DNA of 64,000 nucleotides from an uncultured Candidatus Micrarchaeota archaeon (lineage in GTDB: Archaea > Micrarchaeota > Micrarchaeia > Burarchaeales > Fermentimicrarchaeaceae). The notes under the pieces are model-generated. The model searched no databases, had not been told where the DNA came from, and was given only the letters and a program-made list of their open reading frames with translations. Position numbers and translations under genes: made by a program. How positions within the stretch are numbered: the first letter of the stretch is position 1; each line of letters starts with the position of its first letter. Below are positions 8,798 through 18,452 of this stretch, piece after piece. Where the stretch lies: NCBI GenBank assembly GCA_903884505.1, contig CAISET010000036.1, positions 8,741 to 72,740 of the forward strand. Direction: 5' to 3'.

Positions 8798-9655
8798 ATG
8801 AACAAACAGCTCGTGCTCATCCTCCTCCTTTTCCTCGCAACGCAGCTGCTTGGAATCTATGTGGGGGTGAACCTCATACTCGCAGCACAGCAGCTCCCGG
8901 ACCTGCAGAACTTTAATGTTGCGCCAGGCGGAGATTCGGGAAGCCCGGCAAGCTCCGCGTTCTTCCTCCTATACGTCCTGGCAGGCGCAGTGATGATGAT
9001 TCTGATACTGAAGTTCTACCGCGGGCTCATGCTCTTCAAGCTGATAGAGGCGGCAACCCTATTCATCGCCTCCAACATAATCTTCTACGTAATCTTCCTC
9101 ACCTTCTCCGTCCCGTTCGAATGGCTCTGGTCCATCATCCTCTCAGGCGCGCTCACGCTCCTCAAATTCTTCAGGCCCGAGGCGAAGAACTTCGCCGCAG
9201 TGTTCGCGGCGGCAGGGGTTGGCGCGGTCTTCGGATTCTCGCTCGACATCATGCCGGCAGTCCTCTTCGTCGCAGGCCTCTCCCTCTACGACTTCCTCTC
9301 GGTCTTCTGGACCGGCCACATGGTCTACATGGCGAAGGAGCTCAGCAAGAAGAACCTTTCATTCTCGGTCGCTGCGACCACGACCGAATATTCGGAAGAG
9401 ACCGGGAAGCCGGAAAAATCCACCCTTGAATTGGGGACGGGCGACCTCGCCATCCCGCTTATGCTCGCAGTCTCATCCTTCAAGATCTCCTCCAACATCC
9501 TCGACCCGCTCTTCGTAGCGCTCGGGGCGGCCATAGGCCTTCTCGCCGTCCTCTGGTATGTCACCCACAGGCGCACCTTCCTCCCCGCGCTCCCGCCGAT
9601 TTGCTTCTCCGCGCTCATATTCCTCGCGCTCGCCAAGCTATTTATTACGGGCTGA
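8798..9655 (+). CDS. Presenilin / signal-peptide-peptidase-like intramembrane aspartyl protease (GxGD type)
   Basis: Polytopic membrane protein with LSLYDF (YD), LGTGDLAIP (GxGD) and FLPALPP (PAL) motifs in the expected order. Confidence 0.7.
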   Translation: MNKQLVLILLLFLATQLLGIYVGVNLILAAQQLPDLQNFNVAPGGDSGSPASSAFFLLYVLAGAVMMILILKFYRGLMLFKLIEAATLFIASNIIFYVIFLTFSVPFEWLWSIILSGALTLLKFFRPEAKNFAAVFAAAGVGAVFGFSLDIMPAVLFVAGLSLYDFLSVFWTGHMVYMAKELSKKNLSFSVAATTTEYSEETGKPEKSTLELGTGDLAIPLMLAVSSFKISSNILDPLFVALGAAIGLLAVLWYVTHRRTFLPALPPICFSALIFLALAKLFITG

Positions 9656-9670
9656 TGAAGGTCTGATGGC

Positions 9671-10987
9671 ATGGGAATGAGAATAAGCGTCATAGGGAGC
9701 GGCTACGTGGGGGCCGTCACGGCCTCCTGCTTTGCGGAACTTGGGAACACCGTCACCTGCATAGACGTCCTAAAGGAGAAAGTCGATTCCATAAACCGCG
9801 GCAGGCCGCCAATCTACGAGCCGGGGCTCGGGGAGATGATGGCGCGCAACCTGAAGGCGAAGAGGCTCAGCGCAACCCTGGACCTTGCGGCCGCGGCCAA
9901 AAATTCCGACATCACATTCATCTGCGTCGGCACCCCCTCGCAGGAGAGCGGCGAGACCGACCTCTCCTACGTCCGCGGCGCGGCTGCGGGCATAGGGAAG
10001 GCCATAAGAAGGAAGAAAACCTTCCACACAATCGTGGTGAAGAGCACCGTCCCCCCGGGCACGAGCGAGGAGGTTGCGAAAATACTCGCAAGGGAGAGCG
10101 GGAAGAAGCCGGGCAAGGGCTTCGGCGTCTGCATGAATCCAGAATTTTTGCGCGAGGGATGCGCGGTCGAGGATTTCATGAAGCCCGACCGCATAGTGGT
10201 TGGGAGCATGGGCGCAAAGGAGGGGAAAATCCTCGCCTCGCTCTACTCCCGCTTCAAATGCCCAAAACTGATGGTCGACCTGCGCACCGCCGAGATGATA
10301 AAGTACGCGAGCAATGCCTTCCTTGCGACGAAAGTTTCGTTCATAAATGAGATGGCGAACATCTGCCAGCGCCTCGGGATAGACGTCTACACTGTGGCCG
10401 AAGGCATTGGCTACGACCAGAGGATAGGCAGGCGCTTCCTGAACGCGGGCGCGGGCTGGGGAGGAAGCTGCTTCGGCAAGGACGTGAAATCACTGGTGCA
10501 TGTTGCAAAGTCTGCCGGCTACAAACCTGCGCTGCTCGAGTCAACGGTTTCGGTGAACGAATCGCAGCCGCTGCGCCTGATTGAGATTCTGCACGACGAG
10601 CTGAAAGTCCTCAACGGAAGGCGCATTGCGGTCCTCGGCCTCGCATTCAAGTCCGATACCGATGACATGCGCGACGCGCCATCAATCAAGGTGATTCACG
10701 CGCTTCTGCGGTTGGGTGCGCACGTAACCGCATACGACCCCCAGGCGATGGAAAACGCGCGCCGAATCTTCCATGGTCACAGCATCTCGCTCGCGAAAAG
10801 TTCGCATGAGGCGCTGAAAGGCGCTGACGCCTGCCTCATTCTCACGGAATGGCAGGAGTTCGCGAAGCTCGGCGCAAAGGACTTCAGGGTAATGAGGAAC
10901 CCACTCGTAGTCGAGGGGCGCAAAATCCTCGAAGGAAAAATCCCGGGAATAACTTACCGCGGGATAGGGAGGCTTCCCTATGGCTGA
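9671..10987 (+). CDS. ugd: UDP-glucose / NDP-sugar 6-dehydrogenase
   Basis: ISVIGSGYVGAVTA Rossmann motif, catalytic GGSCFGKD and FKSDTDDMRDAPS. Confidence 0.85.
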   Translation: MGMRISVIGSGYVGAVTASCFAELGNTVTCIDVLKEKVDSINRGRPPIYEPGLGEMMARNLKAKRLSATLDLAAAAKNSDITFICVGTPSQESGETDLSYVRGAAAGIGKAIRRKKTFHTIVVKSTVPPGTSEEVAKILARESGKKPGKGFGVCMNPEFLREGCAVEDFMKPDRIVVGSMGAKEGKILASLYSRFKCPKLMVDLRTAEMIKYASNAFLATKVSFINEMANICQRLGIDVYTVAEGIGYDQRIGRRFLNAGAGWGGSCFGKDVKSLVHVAKSAGYKPALLESTVSVNESQPLRLIEILHDELKVLNGRRIAVLGLAFKSDTDDMRDAPSIKVIHALLRLGAHVTAYDPQAMENARRIFHGHSISLAKSSHEALKGADACLILTEWQEFAKLGAKDFRVMRNPLVVEGRKILEGKIPGITYRGIGRLPYG

Positions 10988-11945
10988 GCGAATCCTGGTG
11001 ACCGGCGGCGCGGGTTTCATAGGCTCGCACCTGTGCGAATCGCTTGCGAAGAAAGGATATGAGATTGTCGCGCTCGACAATTTCGCAACCGGCAAGAGGA
11101 GCAACCTCAGGAAAATCCCCGTGAAGCTCATCAAGCACGACATTACCAAGCCGTTCGCGAAAAAATTGGCGAGGCTCGGCAAATTCGATTTCGTCTTCAA
11201 CCTCGCATCCCCCGCCTCGCCAGTCGACTACCAGAAGCTCTCAATTCCCACCCTCCTGGTCGGCTCGCTCGGGATGAAGAACTCTCTGGACTTCGCAAAG
11301 GCGAACAGCGCAAGGCTCCTCCAGGCATCCACCTCCGAAGTCTATGGCGACCCGCTCATCCACCCGCAAACCGAGGGCTACTGGGGGAACGTGAACCCAA
11401 TCGGCCCGAGGAGCTGCTATGACGAGGCGAAGCGCTACGCCGAATCACTGTGCATGGCATACGCAAGGGAGGGGACGCCCGTTGTTCTCGCAAGGATATT
11501 CAACACCTATGGCCCGAGGATGCGGCTCGATGATGGCCGCGTAGTCCCGAACCTCGTGGGCCAGGCACTCAGGAATGAGCCGCTCACCGTTTATGGCGAC
11601 GGTTCCCAGACCAGAAGCTTCTGCTACGTGAGCGACCTGGTTGAAGGCCTCGAGAAACTAATGTTCTCAAGCCTCCAAGGCGACGTTTTCAACGTCGGCA
11701 ACCCCGAAGAGCATTCAATCCTAGAATTCGCGCAGCTCGTGAAGCAGCTCACGGGCGCCTCCTCCGAGATAACCTATCTTCCGCTCCCGCAGGACGACCC
11801 GAAGAGGCGCAAGCCCGACATCTCGAAGATTAAGGCTGCGCTCGGCTGGGAGCCAAAGGTTAAATTAGAGGACGGGATGAAAGAGACCATAGCGTGGTTC
11901 AAGAAGGAAGTCAGGAAGAACAAGAAAAAAGAGGCATTGCAATGA
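10980..11945 (+). CDS. uxs: UDP-glucuronate decarboxylase (UDP-xylose synthase)-like SDR
   Basis: ILVTGGAGFIGSHL, SCYDEAKRYAE (YxxxK) and IHPQTEGYWGNVNPIGPR. Overlaps the ugd stop by 8 nt. Confidence 0.8.
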   Translation: MAERILVTGGAGFIGSHLCESLAKKGYEIVALDNFATGKRSNLRKIPVKLIKHDITKPFAKKLARLGKFDFVFNLASPASPVDYQKLSIPTLLVGSLGMKNSLDFAKANSARLLQASTSEVYGDPLIHPQTEGYWGNVNPIGPRSCYDEAKRYAESLCMAYAREGTPVVLARIFNTYGPRMRLDDGRVVPNLVGQALRNEPLTVYGDGSQTRSFCYVSDLVEGLEKLMFSSLQGDVFNVGNPEEHSILEFAQLVKQLTGASSEITYLPLPQDDPKRRKPDISKIKAALGWEPKVKLEDGMKETIAWFKKEVRKNKKKEALQ

Positions 11946-12685
11946 AGGCAATCATACTCGCAGCGGGGAAGGGCACGAGGCTGAAGCCCCTCACCTATGG
12001 CATTCCGAAGCCGCTCCTCCCTGTCGGGGGCAAGCCGGTAATCGACTACGTGATAGACAACCTGATGACCGCGCGCGGCGAAATCAGCCAGATTTTCGTA
12101 GCCGTTTCCTACATGAAGGAAGTGATTGAGAACTATTTGAAGCACGTGCCCCGCGACCACCTCTCCATCGAGACAGTGACCACGCTTGGCTGGGAGACGG
12201 GGGGCGACCTCCAGACGATCGTCGTTGAGAAGGACATAGCCGAGCCCGTGATAGTTGCATACGGGGACAATGTCACCGACATAAACATAGGCGAGATGCT
12301 GAAGTTCCACAGGAAGAGCGGGAAGCTCGCGACCATTGCGCTATTCCGCGTCCCCTGGGAAGAGGTCGACAGGTTCGGCATCGCAGAGGTCACTGCGGAT
12401 TCGCTCGTCTCCTCCTTCATTGAGAAGCCCACGCGTGCGCAGGCCAAGTCGAACCTTGCGAATGCCGGATACTACATCCTCGAGCCTTCCGTCCTCGAGG
12501 CAATCCCGCACAAGAAGGTGAAGATAGAGCACGCGGTATTCCCGACCCTCGCACAGGAGGGGCAACTCGCGGCCTTCATCTACAACCCGAGCTACTGGCT
12601 CGACATCGGGACCATAGACGCCTACCGCAAGGCGAACAAGATGATGGAGGGCATACTGCCCCCGGAAAAGAACGGCGGCCACTGA
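11942..12685 (+). CDS. Sugar-1-phosphate nucleotidylyltransferase
   Basis: MKAIILAAGKGTRLKPLTYGIPKPLLPV signature. ATGA overlap with the uxs stop. Confidence 0.85.
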   Translation: MKAIILAAGKGTRLKPLTYGIPKPLLPVGGKPVIDYVIDNLMTARGEISQIFVAVSYMKEVIENYLKHVPRDHLSIETVTTLGWETGGDLQTIVVEKDIAEPVIVAYGDNVTDINIGEMLKFHRKSGKLATIALFRVPWEEVDRFGIAEVTADSLVSSFIEKPTRAQAKSNLANAGYYILEPSVLEAIPHKKVKIEHAVFPTLAQEGQLAAFIYNPSYWLDIGTIDAYRKANKMMEGILPPEKNGGH

Positions 12686-12715
12686 GGAGCGCGCTTCTCG
12701 TCATCGTAGGCTCGT

Positions 12716-13234
12716 TCAGGCCTTCACTTTTTCCATGCTCCTTTTCCTCGTCGAATAAATCTTCTCGAGCCATTTCACCACGTCCTTATCCGTCAAGAGT
12801 TCCCTTGCATCGCCTATCAGACGCATAGTCGTCTCTCTCAAATAGCGCTCACCATGACCGTGCACCGTTATCCTCGTCTTGCTTTTGCCCTCCACCCAAG
12901 CGCCTTTCCCCTTTTCCAGGTCTGAGACTTCGATTTCCCATATCGCCAAAAGTGCGCGGCATCCGCCCGTTTCTTCCGAATAATTCTCACCAGCGATGTT
13001 CGCAGCGTCCATCTCAGGGCTTATTGTCACGGATATTGAATTCGTAGTCCAAGACCCCTTACCCATGAACAACTTAATGGTCACAGCATCCCCAGACGAG
13101 CCTATGTCCATACATGTGGCCGCTCTTACATTCGCCCCAAAGAACGTTTTTCCGACCAGGCCATGTCTATCCAGCAACGCAATCCGCTCCTTTTCTTCCG
13201 GAGTAAACCCGGTATTAGCCCATGCTGCCATCAA
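12716..13234 (-). CDS. Hypothetical protein (no recognisable motif)
   Basis: A 172-aa ORF with protein-like composition, in a divergent arrangement with the HTH regulator. No family was recognised by eye. Confidence 0.45.
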   Translation of the reverse strand: MMAAWANTGFTPEEKERIALLDRHGLVGKTFFGANVRAATCMDIGSSGDAVTIKLFMGKGSWTTNSISVTISPEMDAANIAGENYSEETGGCRALLAIWEIEVSDLEKGKGAWVEGKSKTRITVHGHGERYLRETTMRLIGDARELLTDKDVVKWLEKIYSTRKRSMEKVKA

Positions 13235-13328
13235 TCATCACCTTGCGCTCAAGTTTCCGCAATCCAACGCCAAAACCCTTCGGCGGACAGGGTTAACCCC
13301 GGAAACGGCATACCCGTCGCCCGTATGC

Positions 13329-13336
13329 TTATATAG
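13329..13336 (+). promoter_or_regulatory. TATA-like box (TTATATAG)
   Basis: Lies about 30 nt upstream of the GTG at 13366. Confidence 0.4.
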
Positions 13337-13365
13337 CGGAAACTCGCGGCATTAGCGGTGACACG

Positions 13366-14019
13366 GTGAGGGAAGCACGATTCGGCCTTTATCATCATGA
13401 TTGCTGGGTCTGCAGGGCGACCGAGAAGCACTCGGACATCTCGCTGGCCCAGGTTTCATGCAGCCAGATTGGGGCGCATAATGACAAGTTCCTAAGGCAC
13501 GGGATATTCGGCGTTTCAGCTTCCTCGCCCAGCGCGCTTTCAGAGTTCATGAAGACGGTAGGAAGGCAGCCGGCAATACGCAGGGCGGACATCATAGAGG
13601 CCGATGGCACGCAGGCTTTGGCGTACTTCAAGTGGGTTACGGACGCTTCGCCTGATGACCTGCTCGCGGGCAAAGGCTGCGTGCTTATCGGCGAAAGTGT
13701 CGAGAATGGATGCGAGTCTTATCACGTCGTAAATCCCGAAGCGAGCATGCTTTCAGAGGCGATAGAGCAGGTGAAGGGCATAGGCGTGCTCAAGGTCAAG
13801 CGGCTCGGGGAATACAAAAAGCCAAAGCACAGAAAGGCAACCGAAAAGCAGATGCAGGCGCTCAGGCTCGCGGTCAGCAGCGATTACTACGCATTTCCGA
13901 GGAAAGCCCGGCTTTCGGAGCTTAGCGCGGCAGCCGGCATCTCGAAGGCGGCATTCCACAAGCTCCTGAGAAGGGCAGAGGCGAACTTCATACCCGCCAG
14001 GGTCTTCGAAAAACAATAG
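13366..14019 (+). CDS. HTH_10 (bacterio-opsin-activator-type) DNA-binding protein
   Basis: C-terminal TEKQMQALRLAVSSDYYAFPRKARLSELSAAAGISKAAFHKLLRRAE, plus N-terminal HHDCW. Confidence 0.7.
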   Translation: MREARFGLYHHDCWVCRATEKHSDISLAQVSCSQIGAHNDKFLRHGIFGVSASSPSALSEFMKTVGRQPAIRRADIIEADGTQALAYFKWVTDASPDDLLAGKGCVLIGESVENGCESYHVVNPEASMLSEAIEQVKGIGVLKVKRLGEYKKPKHRKATEKQMQALRLAVSSDYYAFPRKARLSELSAAAGISKAAFHKLLRRAEANFIPARVFEKQ

Positions 14020-14041
14020 GGCGTTCCCTACATAAGGGGGC

Positions 14042-14051
14042 TTTTTATAAA
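14042..14051 (+). promoter_or_regulatory. TATA box (TTTTTATAAA) for the aIF2-beta gene
   Basis: Lies about 23-32 nt upstream of the ATG at 14074, suggesting a leaderless mRNA. Confidence 0.45.
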
Positions 14052-14073
14052 CCCAACGCCATAACCCCTCTCT

Positions 14074-14493
14074 ATGACTTCTCCGCTGGATTACGAGAAG
14101 CTACTGGACAGGGGCTATGCGCTCATCCCCGCGAAGACCACAAGCGGCGAGCGCTTTGAGATCCCAATAGTGGAAACCCTGCAGCAGGGGAACAAGACTT
14201 TCATAAAGAACTTCGACTCCATAATCGGAAAGCTCAGGCGCGACCCCAAGCTCCTGATGAAATATTTCACCAAGGAGCTCGCAATTCCCGCGACCATCGA
14301 GGGCTCGCGCCTCGTGCTCCACGGGAAGTTCTCCGACCGCGCGCTCAACGACAGGCTCAAGGCCTTCACCGAGATATTCGTCCTGTGCAAGGAATGCCAC
14401 AAGCCCGACACCAAGATAATGGAGGGCGAGCACGGGGGGAAGATGCTCGTGTGCGAGGCATGCGGCGCCCGCGCTCCGATAAGGGGAAGATGA
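14074..14493 (+). CDS. eif2b: Translation initiation factor aIF2 beta subunit
   Basis: LLDRGY..IP, TFIKNF and C-terminal Zn ribbon CKECHKPDT...CEACGA. Confidence 0.9.
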   Translation: MTSPLDYEKLLDRGYALIPAKTTSGERFEIPIVETLQQGNKTFIKNFDSIIGKLRRDPKLLMKYFTKELAIPATIEGSRLVLHGKFSDRALNDRLKAFTEIFVLCKECHKPDTKIMEGEHGGKMLVCEACGARAPIRGR

Positions 14494-14553
14494 TGATATG
14501 GCATGCATAACCGCAGGGATTGGCGCTTCAGGCGCAGCGAGGGCTGATTGCTG

Positions 14554-14868
14554 ATGGCATACCGCCCGCACCACCCGCCCACCGAGGAATTCACGCGCGT
14601 ACGCGTCCCACATGAGAGCGATGGCGAGATGCTCGGCATCGTGGAGGGCCTGATGGGCGCCTCGCGCCTGCTCATTAAATGCGCTGACGGGAAGGAGCGC
14701 ATGATACGCATCCCGGGGAAGATAAGAAGGAACATCTGGGTGAAGACCGGCGACATCGTGATTCTCAAGCCTTGGTCCATAGAGGCGGACAAGAAAGGCG
14801 ACCTCGTCTGGCGCTACACGAAACTCCAGGCCGAATGGCTCAGGCGCAAGGGGATTCTGAAGGACTAG
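14554..14868 (+). CDS. eif1a: Translation initiation factor aIF1A
   Basis: S1/OB signature GEMLGIVEGLMGASRLLIKCADGKERMIRIPGKIRRNIWVKTGDIVIL. Start at the ATG at 14554; a TTG at 14548 is also possible. Confidence 0.9.
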   Translation: MAYRPHHPPTEEFTRVRVPHESDGEMLGIVEGLMGASRLLIKCADGKERMIRIPGKIRRNIWVKTGDIVILKPWSIEADKKGDLVWRYTKLQAEWLRRKGILKD

Positions 14869-14884
14869 TTCTCGGTGGTTCTGT

Positions 14885-15655
14885 TTGGCTCTTCGCCGCT
14901 CTAAAAAGAAGCTCCCCGCCCGCGAAGACAAGATGATGAAGGAGAAGAGCAAGATTGAGGAGGGTGTCTTCGACCGCGCCGTCTTCATGATTTTCTACGG
15001 CCTGCTGAACAAGGGGATAATCTCATCGCTCGACTACCCGATTGCGACCGGGAAGGAGTCCGACGTCTACCGTGCGACCTCTGGGAAGCGCTTCGAGGAC
15101 CAGTCACAATATATGGCTGCCAAGATATTCCGGATTGAGACCGCGAACTTCATCCACATGCAGGACTACCTCTTCGCCGATCCGCGCTTCTCGCACGTGA
15201 GGCGCACCAAGCGCGAGGTCATCTATGCCTGGTGCCAGAAGGAGTTCAGGAACCTGCAGATATGCGCGCAGGCGAATGTCCCTGCGCCGAAGCCCTTCTT
15301 CTTCAGCAAAAGCGTGCTGCTCATGGAGTTCATCGGCGAGGAGGGAATCCCCGACTCCACCCTGAAGGCGGTCGGCTCCGAGGACCCGGAGAAGGACTGC
15401 GAGACCATACTCGGCTACATCCGCAGGCTTTACCGCGCGGGCCTCGTCCATGCGGACCTCAGCGAGTTCAACATCCTGATGCATGGCTACCCCAATCCCG
15501 TCCCCTATTTGATAGACTGCGGCCAGGGAGTCGTGCTCGGGCACCCGAAGGCGAAGGAGTTCCTTGAGCGCGACATCAGGAACGTCCTCCGCTACTTCAA
15601 GCATTACGGAGTGAAGAGGGACGCAACGGAAATACTTGAATGGGTTAAGAAGTAG
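14885..15655 (+). CDS. rio1: RIO-type Ser/Thr protein kinase (Rio1-like, no N-terminal wHTH)
   Basis: ISSLDYPIATGKESDVYRA, VLLMEFIG and LVHADLSEFNIL. TTG start at 14885; alternative ATG at 14933. Confidence 0.85.
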   Translation: MALRRSKKKLPAREDKMMKEKSKIEEGVFDRAVFMIFYGLLNKGIISSLDYPIATGKESDVYRATSGKRFEDQSQYMAAKIFRIETANFIHMQDYLFADPRFSHVRRTKREVIYAWCQKEFRNLQICAQANVPAPKPFFFSKSVLLMEFIGEEGIPDSTLKAVGSEDPEKDCETILGYIRRLYRAGLVHADLSEFNILMHGYPNPVPYLIDCGQGVVLGHPKAKEFLERDIRNVLRYFKHYGVKRDATEILEWVKK

Positions 15656-15656
15656 C

Positions 15657-16823
15657 TCACACTCTCATCTTGAGCGCCAATGCCTTCCCCGCATTGGACG
15701 CTGTCCGCTTCCACATCCTTGCCAAAAAGCGCATCTCCCGCCGCGCATATGTGTTGTTAGTGTAGTAAAGCCCATGGCCGCTGAAGCGTGTCAGGTCCGC
15801 CTCCACCCCAAACTCTGCGCGGAGGTACTCCTCGAGCATCTTCGCCTCAATGGAGCGAACCCCTGGGAAACAGTCGTTTTCACCCTGCACGCACACCTCC
15901 TTTGCGAATGAGAGCGCAAGGAGCGGCTTTGCGAACTCCTTCGGATAGCCCGTCAGACGGATTCCTTCCGCAAACGCACTTCCGAACGGGCCGGAGAGGC
16001 TGACGAACGCCTTCCCAAACTCTGTTGCGAACTCTCCGCGCACCAAGCGGCGCGAGAACGAATCCACGAAATGGCGCAGGGCGAACGTGTTCAGGTCGCA
16101 CATCGGCAACGGCGTCCGCACCGGAACCTCCCAGTCTATGAGGTTCATGAGGCTGCCCCTTTCAGGCACTAGGGCGTTGTAGGGCGAAAGGTCCGGATGC
16201 GAGAGACTATTCGGGAGCTCCAGGCTCTCATGCGCATCAAAAATCCCCTCAAAGCCTGCTTGCAGGGCCGCGGCCGCCTTCCCTTTAAGCGACAGCACTG
16301 AGGCAACCCCTGAAATGATTGGATTCACCCTTTCCGCAAACATCCCGGCTGAAACCGTTTCGAACCCCTTTGGCGTTGAATAGAGCAGTCTTAGCGTCGA
16401 GCCCAAACGCCTGAAAACCCCGGAATTAAAACTGTCGTATCCAGTTTCCCCTGGCTTGAATCCCGCGTTCATCTCCGCTACCGGCCTGCCGCCCAGAGGC
16501 GACTCGAAGTAGGCGAAAAAATCTCCAATCCTTGCAGTTCCCAGCGGCCTCGGGATGTGCCTGGCGAGGCGCGGGCTGACCTCCGCGCGCAGCTCTTTCA
16601 ATGCCCGGCTCTCCTTCACGAACGAGTCGCCTCTTCTCATCTTTGCAATAAGCACGGGTTCCGCAGCTGAGCCGTCGTATATTATGGCCACTGCCTGGCA
16701 CAGCCGGGCATGCCTCTTCCTGCCCGAAGGAATGAGCCTGCAACCAAGCTTTTTCGGCTTCCGCTCCAGCCCAAGCGAAGCCCAATTTTTTTGAACATGC
16801 GGCAGCAAGTCCGGAATCATCAA
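15657..16823 (-). CDS. Aminoglycoside-phosphotransferase/choline-kinase-fold (APH-like) small-molecule kinase
   Basis: LSHPDLSPYNALV...LIDWE matches the HxDxxxxN...(I/L)DWE catalytic and Mg-binding pattern. Confidence 0.6.
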   Translation of the reverse strand: MMIPDLLPHVQKNWASLGLERKPKKLGCRLIPSGRKRHARLCQAVAIIYDGSAAEPVLIAKMRRGDSFVKESRALKELRAEVSPRLARHIPRPLGTARIGDFFAYFESPLGGRPVAEMNAGFKPGETGYDSFNSGVFRRLGSTLRLLYSTPKGFETVSAGMFAERVNPIISGVASVLSLKGKAAAALQAGFEGIFDAHESLELPNSLSHPDLSPYNALVPERGSLMNLIDWEVPVRTPLPMCDLNTFALRHFVDSFSRRLVRGEFATEFGKAFVSLSGPFGSAFAEGIRLTGYPKEFAKPLLALSFAKEVCVQGENDCFPGVRSIEAKMLEEYLRAEFGVEADLTRFSGHGLYYTNNTYARREMRFLARMWKRTASNAGKALALKMRV

Positions 16824-16848
16824 AACATATTATGGAAGAAGTATTAAA

Positions 16849-17658
16849 ATGGGTGGAGGCTGCAAAATAAGCTTGGTCGCAATGTTCTCACTCCGAACCT
16901 ACTGGAACTATCGTGAGCTCATCTGGAACCTCGCTGCCGCGGACCTCAAGAACCGCTACAAGAACTCCGCGCTGGGCTTCCTCTGGTCCTTCATGAGCCC
17001 TCTCCTAATGTCCCTCGTGCTCATCTTCGTCTTCATGCAAGTATTCAAGTTCACGATTGACAACTACCCGCTTTACATCATCTCAGGCATCATACCGTGG
17101 CGCTTTTTCGGCTATACGGCCAACACCATGCACTCCGTAAAGCTCTATTCCAGCCTCATACGTAAGATTTACTTCCCGCGCCAGGTCCTGGTTTTCTCCG
17201 CATGCCTGTCCGCACTCATCTCCACATCCATAGAGTTCGTCCTCCTCCTTCTCATCTCCATTGTGCTCGGAGGCAACATAACCGCATGGATTCTGCTCGT
17301 GCCGGTCTTCCTTGCAGCCCAGTTTTTCCTCGTCCTTGGCATCTCGTACGTGATTGCCGCCCTTTTCGTATTCTACCGCGACCTGCAGCACATCTGGGAA
17401 GTGTTCCTGCAGGTTGCATTCTACGCCGCCCCAATAATCTACCCTGCTACGCTCATCACGCAGTCCTCCCCGTACTACCTCGTCCTGCTCGCGAACCCCA
17501 TGAGCCATTTCATAATCACCTATCGCCACCTCTTCATGTACGGTGATGCGCCCGCCCTCGGCTCCATCATAGGCATAGCCGCATTCACCGTATTTGCCTA
17601 CGTCGCCGGCCTCCTGGTCTTCAAGAAGTTCGAGCCCCGCTTCGCGGAGGAGGTCTGA
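16849..17658 (+). CDS. wzm: ABC-2 type polysaccharide export permease (Wzm/TagG-like)
   Basis: YRELIWNLAAADLKNRYKNSALGFLWSFMSPLL signature and six TM segments. Alternative start at 16882. Confidence 0.85.
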   Translation: MGGGCKISLVAMFSLRTYWNYRELIWNLAAADLKNRYKNSALGFLWSFMSPLLMSLVLIFVFMQVFKFTIDNYPLYIISGIIPWRFFGYTANTMHSVKLYSSLIRKIYFPRQVLVFSACLSALISTSIEFVLLLLISIVLGGNITAWILLVPVFLAAQFFLVLGISYVIAALFVFYRDLQHIWEVFLQVAFYAAPIIYPATLITQSSPYYLVLLANPMSHFIITYRHLFMYGDAPALGSIIGIAAFTVFAYVAGLLVFKKFEPRFAEEV

Positions 17659-17659
17659 G

Positions 17660-18421
17660 ATGAACCCTATCGAGCTAAGGCGCGTGAGCAAGCATTTCCG
17701 CCTCCCACATGAGAAGCGCACGACGCTCTTTTCCGTAGTTGGTGGCCTCCTGCTCGGCAAGCACCAAAGCTTCGAAGATTTCTGGGCGCTCAGGGACATA
17801 AGCTTCGCGGTTGAGGAAGGCGAGGTCCTTGGAGTGGTCGGCCGCAATGGCAGCGGTAAGTCCACGCTCCTGCGCATAATAGGCAACATCTACCAGCCGA
17901 CCTCGGGCACGGTTTCCGTCCGTGGGCGCATCATTCCGTTCATAGAGCTGGGCGTCGGCTTCCAGGAGGAGCTGAGCGGGCGGGAGAACGTCTATCTCTA
18001 CGGCTCCATACTCGGGCTCCCGAAGCGGACAATAGATGTCAAGTATAACGAGATTGTCGAGTTCGCCGAGCTCACAGATTTCATGGACCTTCCGCTCAAG
18101 GATTACTCCTCGGGCATGAACATGCGCCTTGCATTCGCGACGGCAACCATCGCGGAGCCGGATGTCCTCCTCATAGACGAGGTCCTGGCTGTCGGCGATG
18201 CCGAGTTCCAGAAGAAATGCCTGGACAAGATGGAGGATTTCAGGCGCAGGAGCAGGGCCATCGTCTTCGTTTCGCATGACGCCGCGCAGGTGGGAAAGCT
18301 CTGCAGCAGTGCCTTGCTGCTCAGCCACGGGAAGGCGCATGCCCTCGGCGAGCCTTCCGAAGTCCTGAAGGAATACGAGTCGCTCCTGAAGAACGAGGAG
18401 GCGCAGCACGCCGGGAAATGA
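17660..18421 (+). CDS. wzt: ABC polysaccharide export ATPase (Wzt/TagH-like, short form without a C-terminal glycan-binding domain)
   Basis: Walker A GRNGSGKSTLL, signature YSSGMNMRLAFA and Walker B LLIDEVL. Start is 1 nt after the wzm stop. Confidence 0.85.
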   Translation: MNPIELRRVSKHFRLPHEKRTTLFSVVGGLLLGKHQSFEDFWALRDISFAVEEGEVLGVVGRNGSGKSTLLRIIGNIYQPTSGTVSVRGRIIPFIELGVGFQEELSGRENVYLYGSILGLPKRTIDVKYNEIVEFAELTDFMDLPLKDYSSGMNMRLAFATATIAEPDVLLIDEVLAVGDAEFQKKCLDKMEDFRRRSRAIVFVSHDAAQVGKLCSSALLLSHGKAHALGEPSEVLKEYESLLKNEEAQHAGK

Positions 18422-18452
18422 GCAATGGCAGCCATGCCCTGCAGGCAAAGTG

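Noticed and set aside
8098-8820. 240-aa minus-strand ORF
   Set aside because: It is antisense to the C-terminal third of mcm. It has low-complexity Leu/Arg/Val composition and no start-site context.
14101-14988. 295-aa minus-strand ORF spanning the aIF2-beta/aIF1A region
   Set aside because: It is antisense to two strongly recognisable conserved genes. Its Arg/Ala/Leu/Pro-rich composition is typical of spurious open frames in high-G+C DNA.
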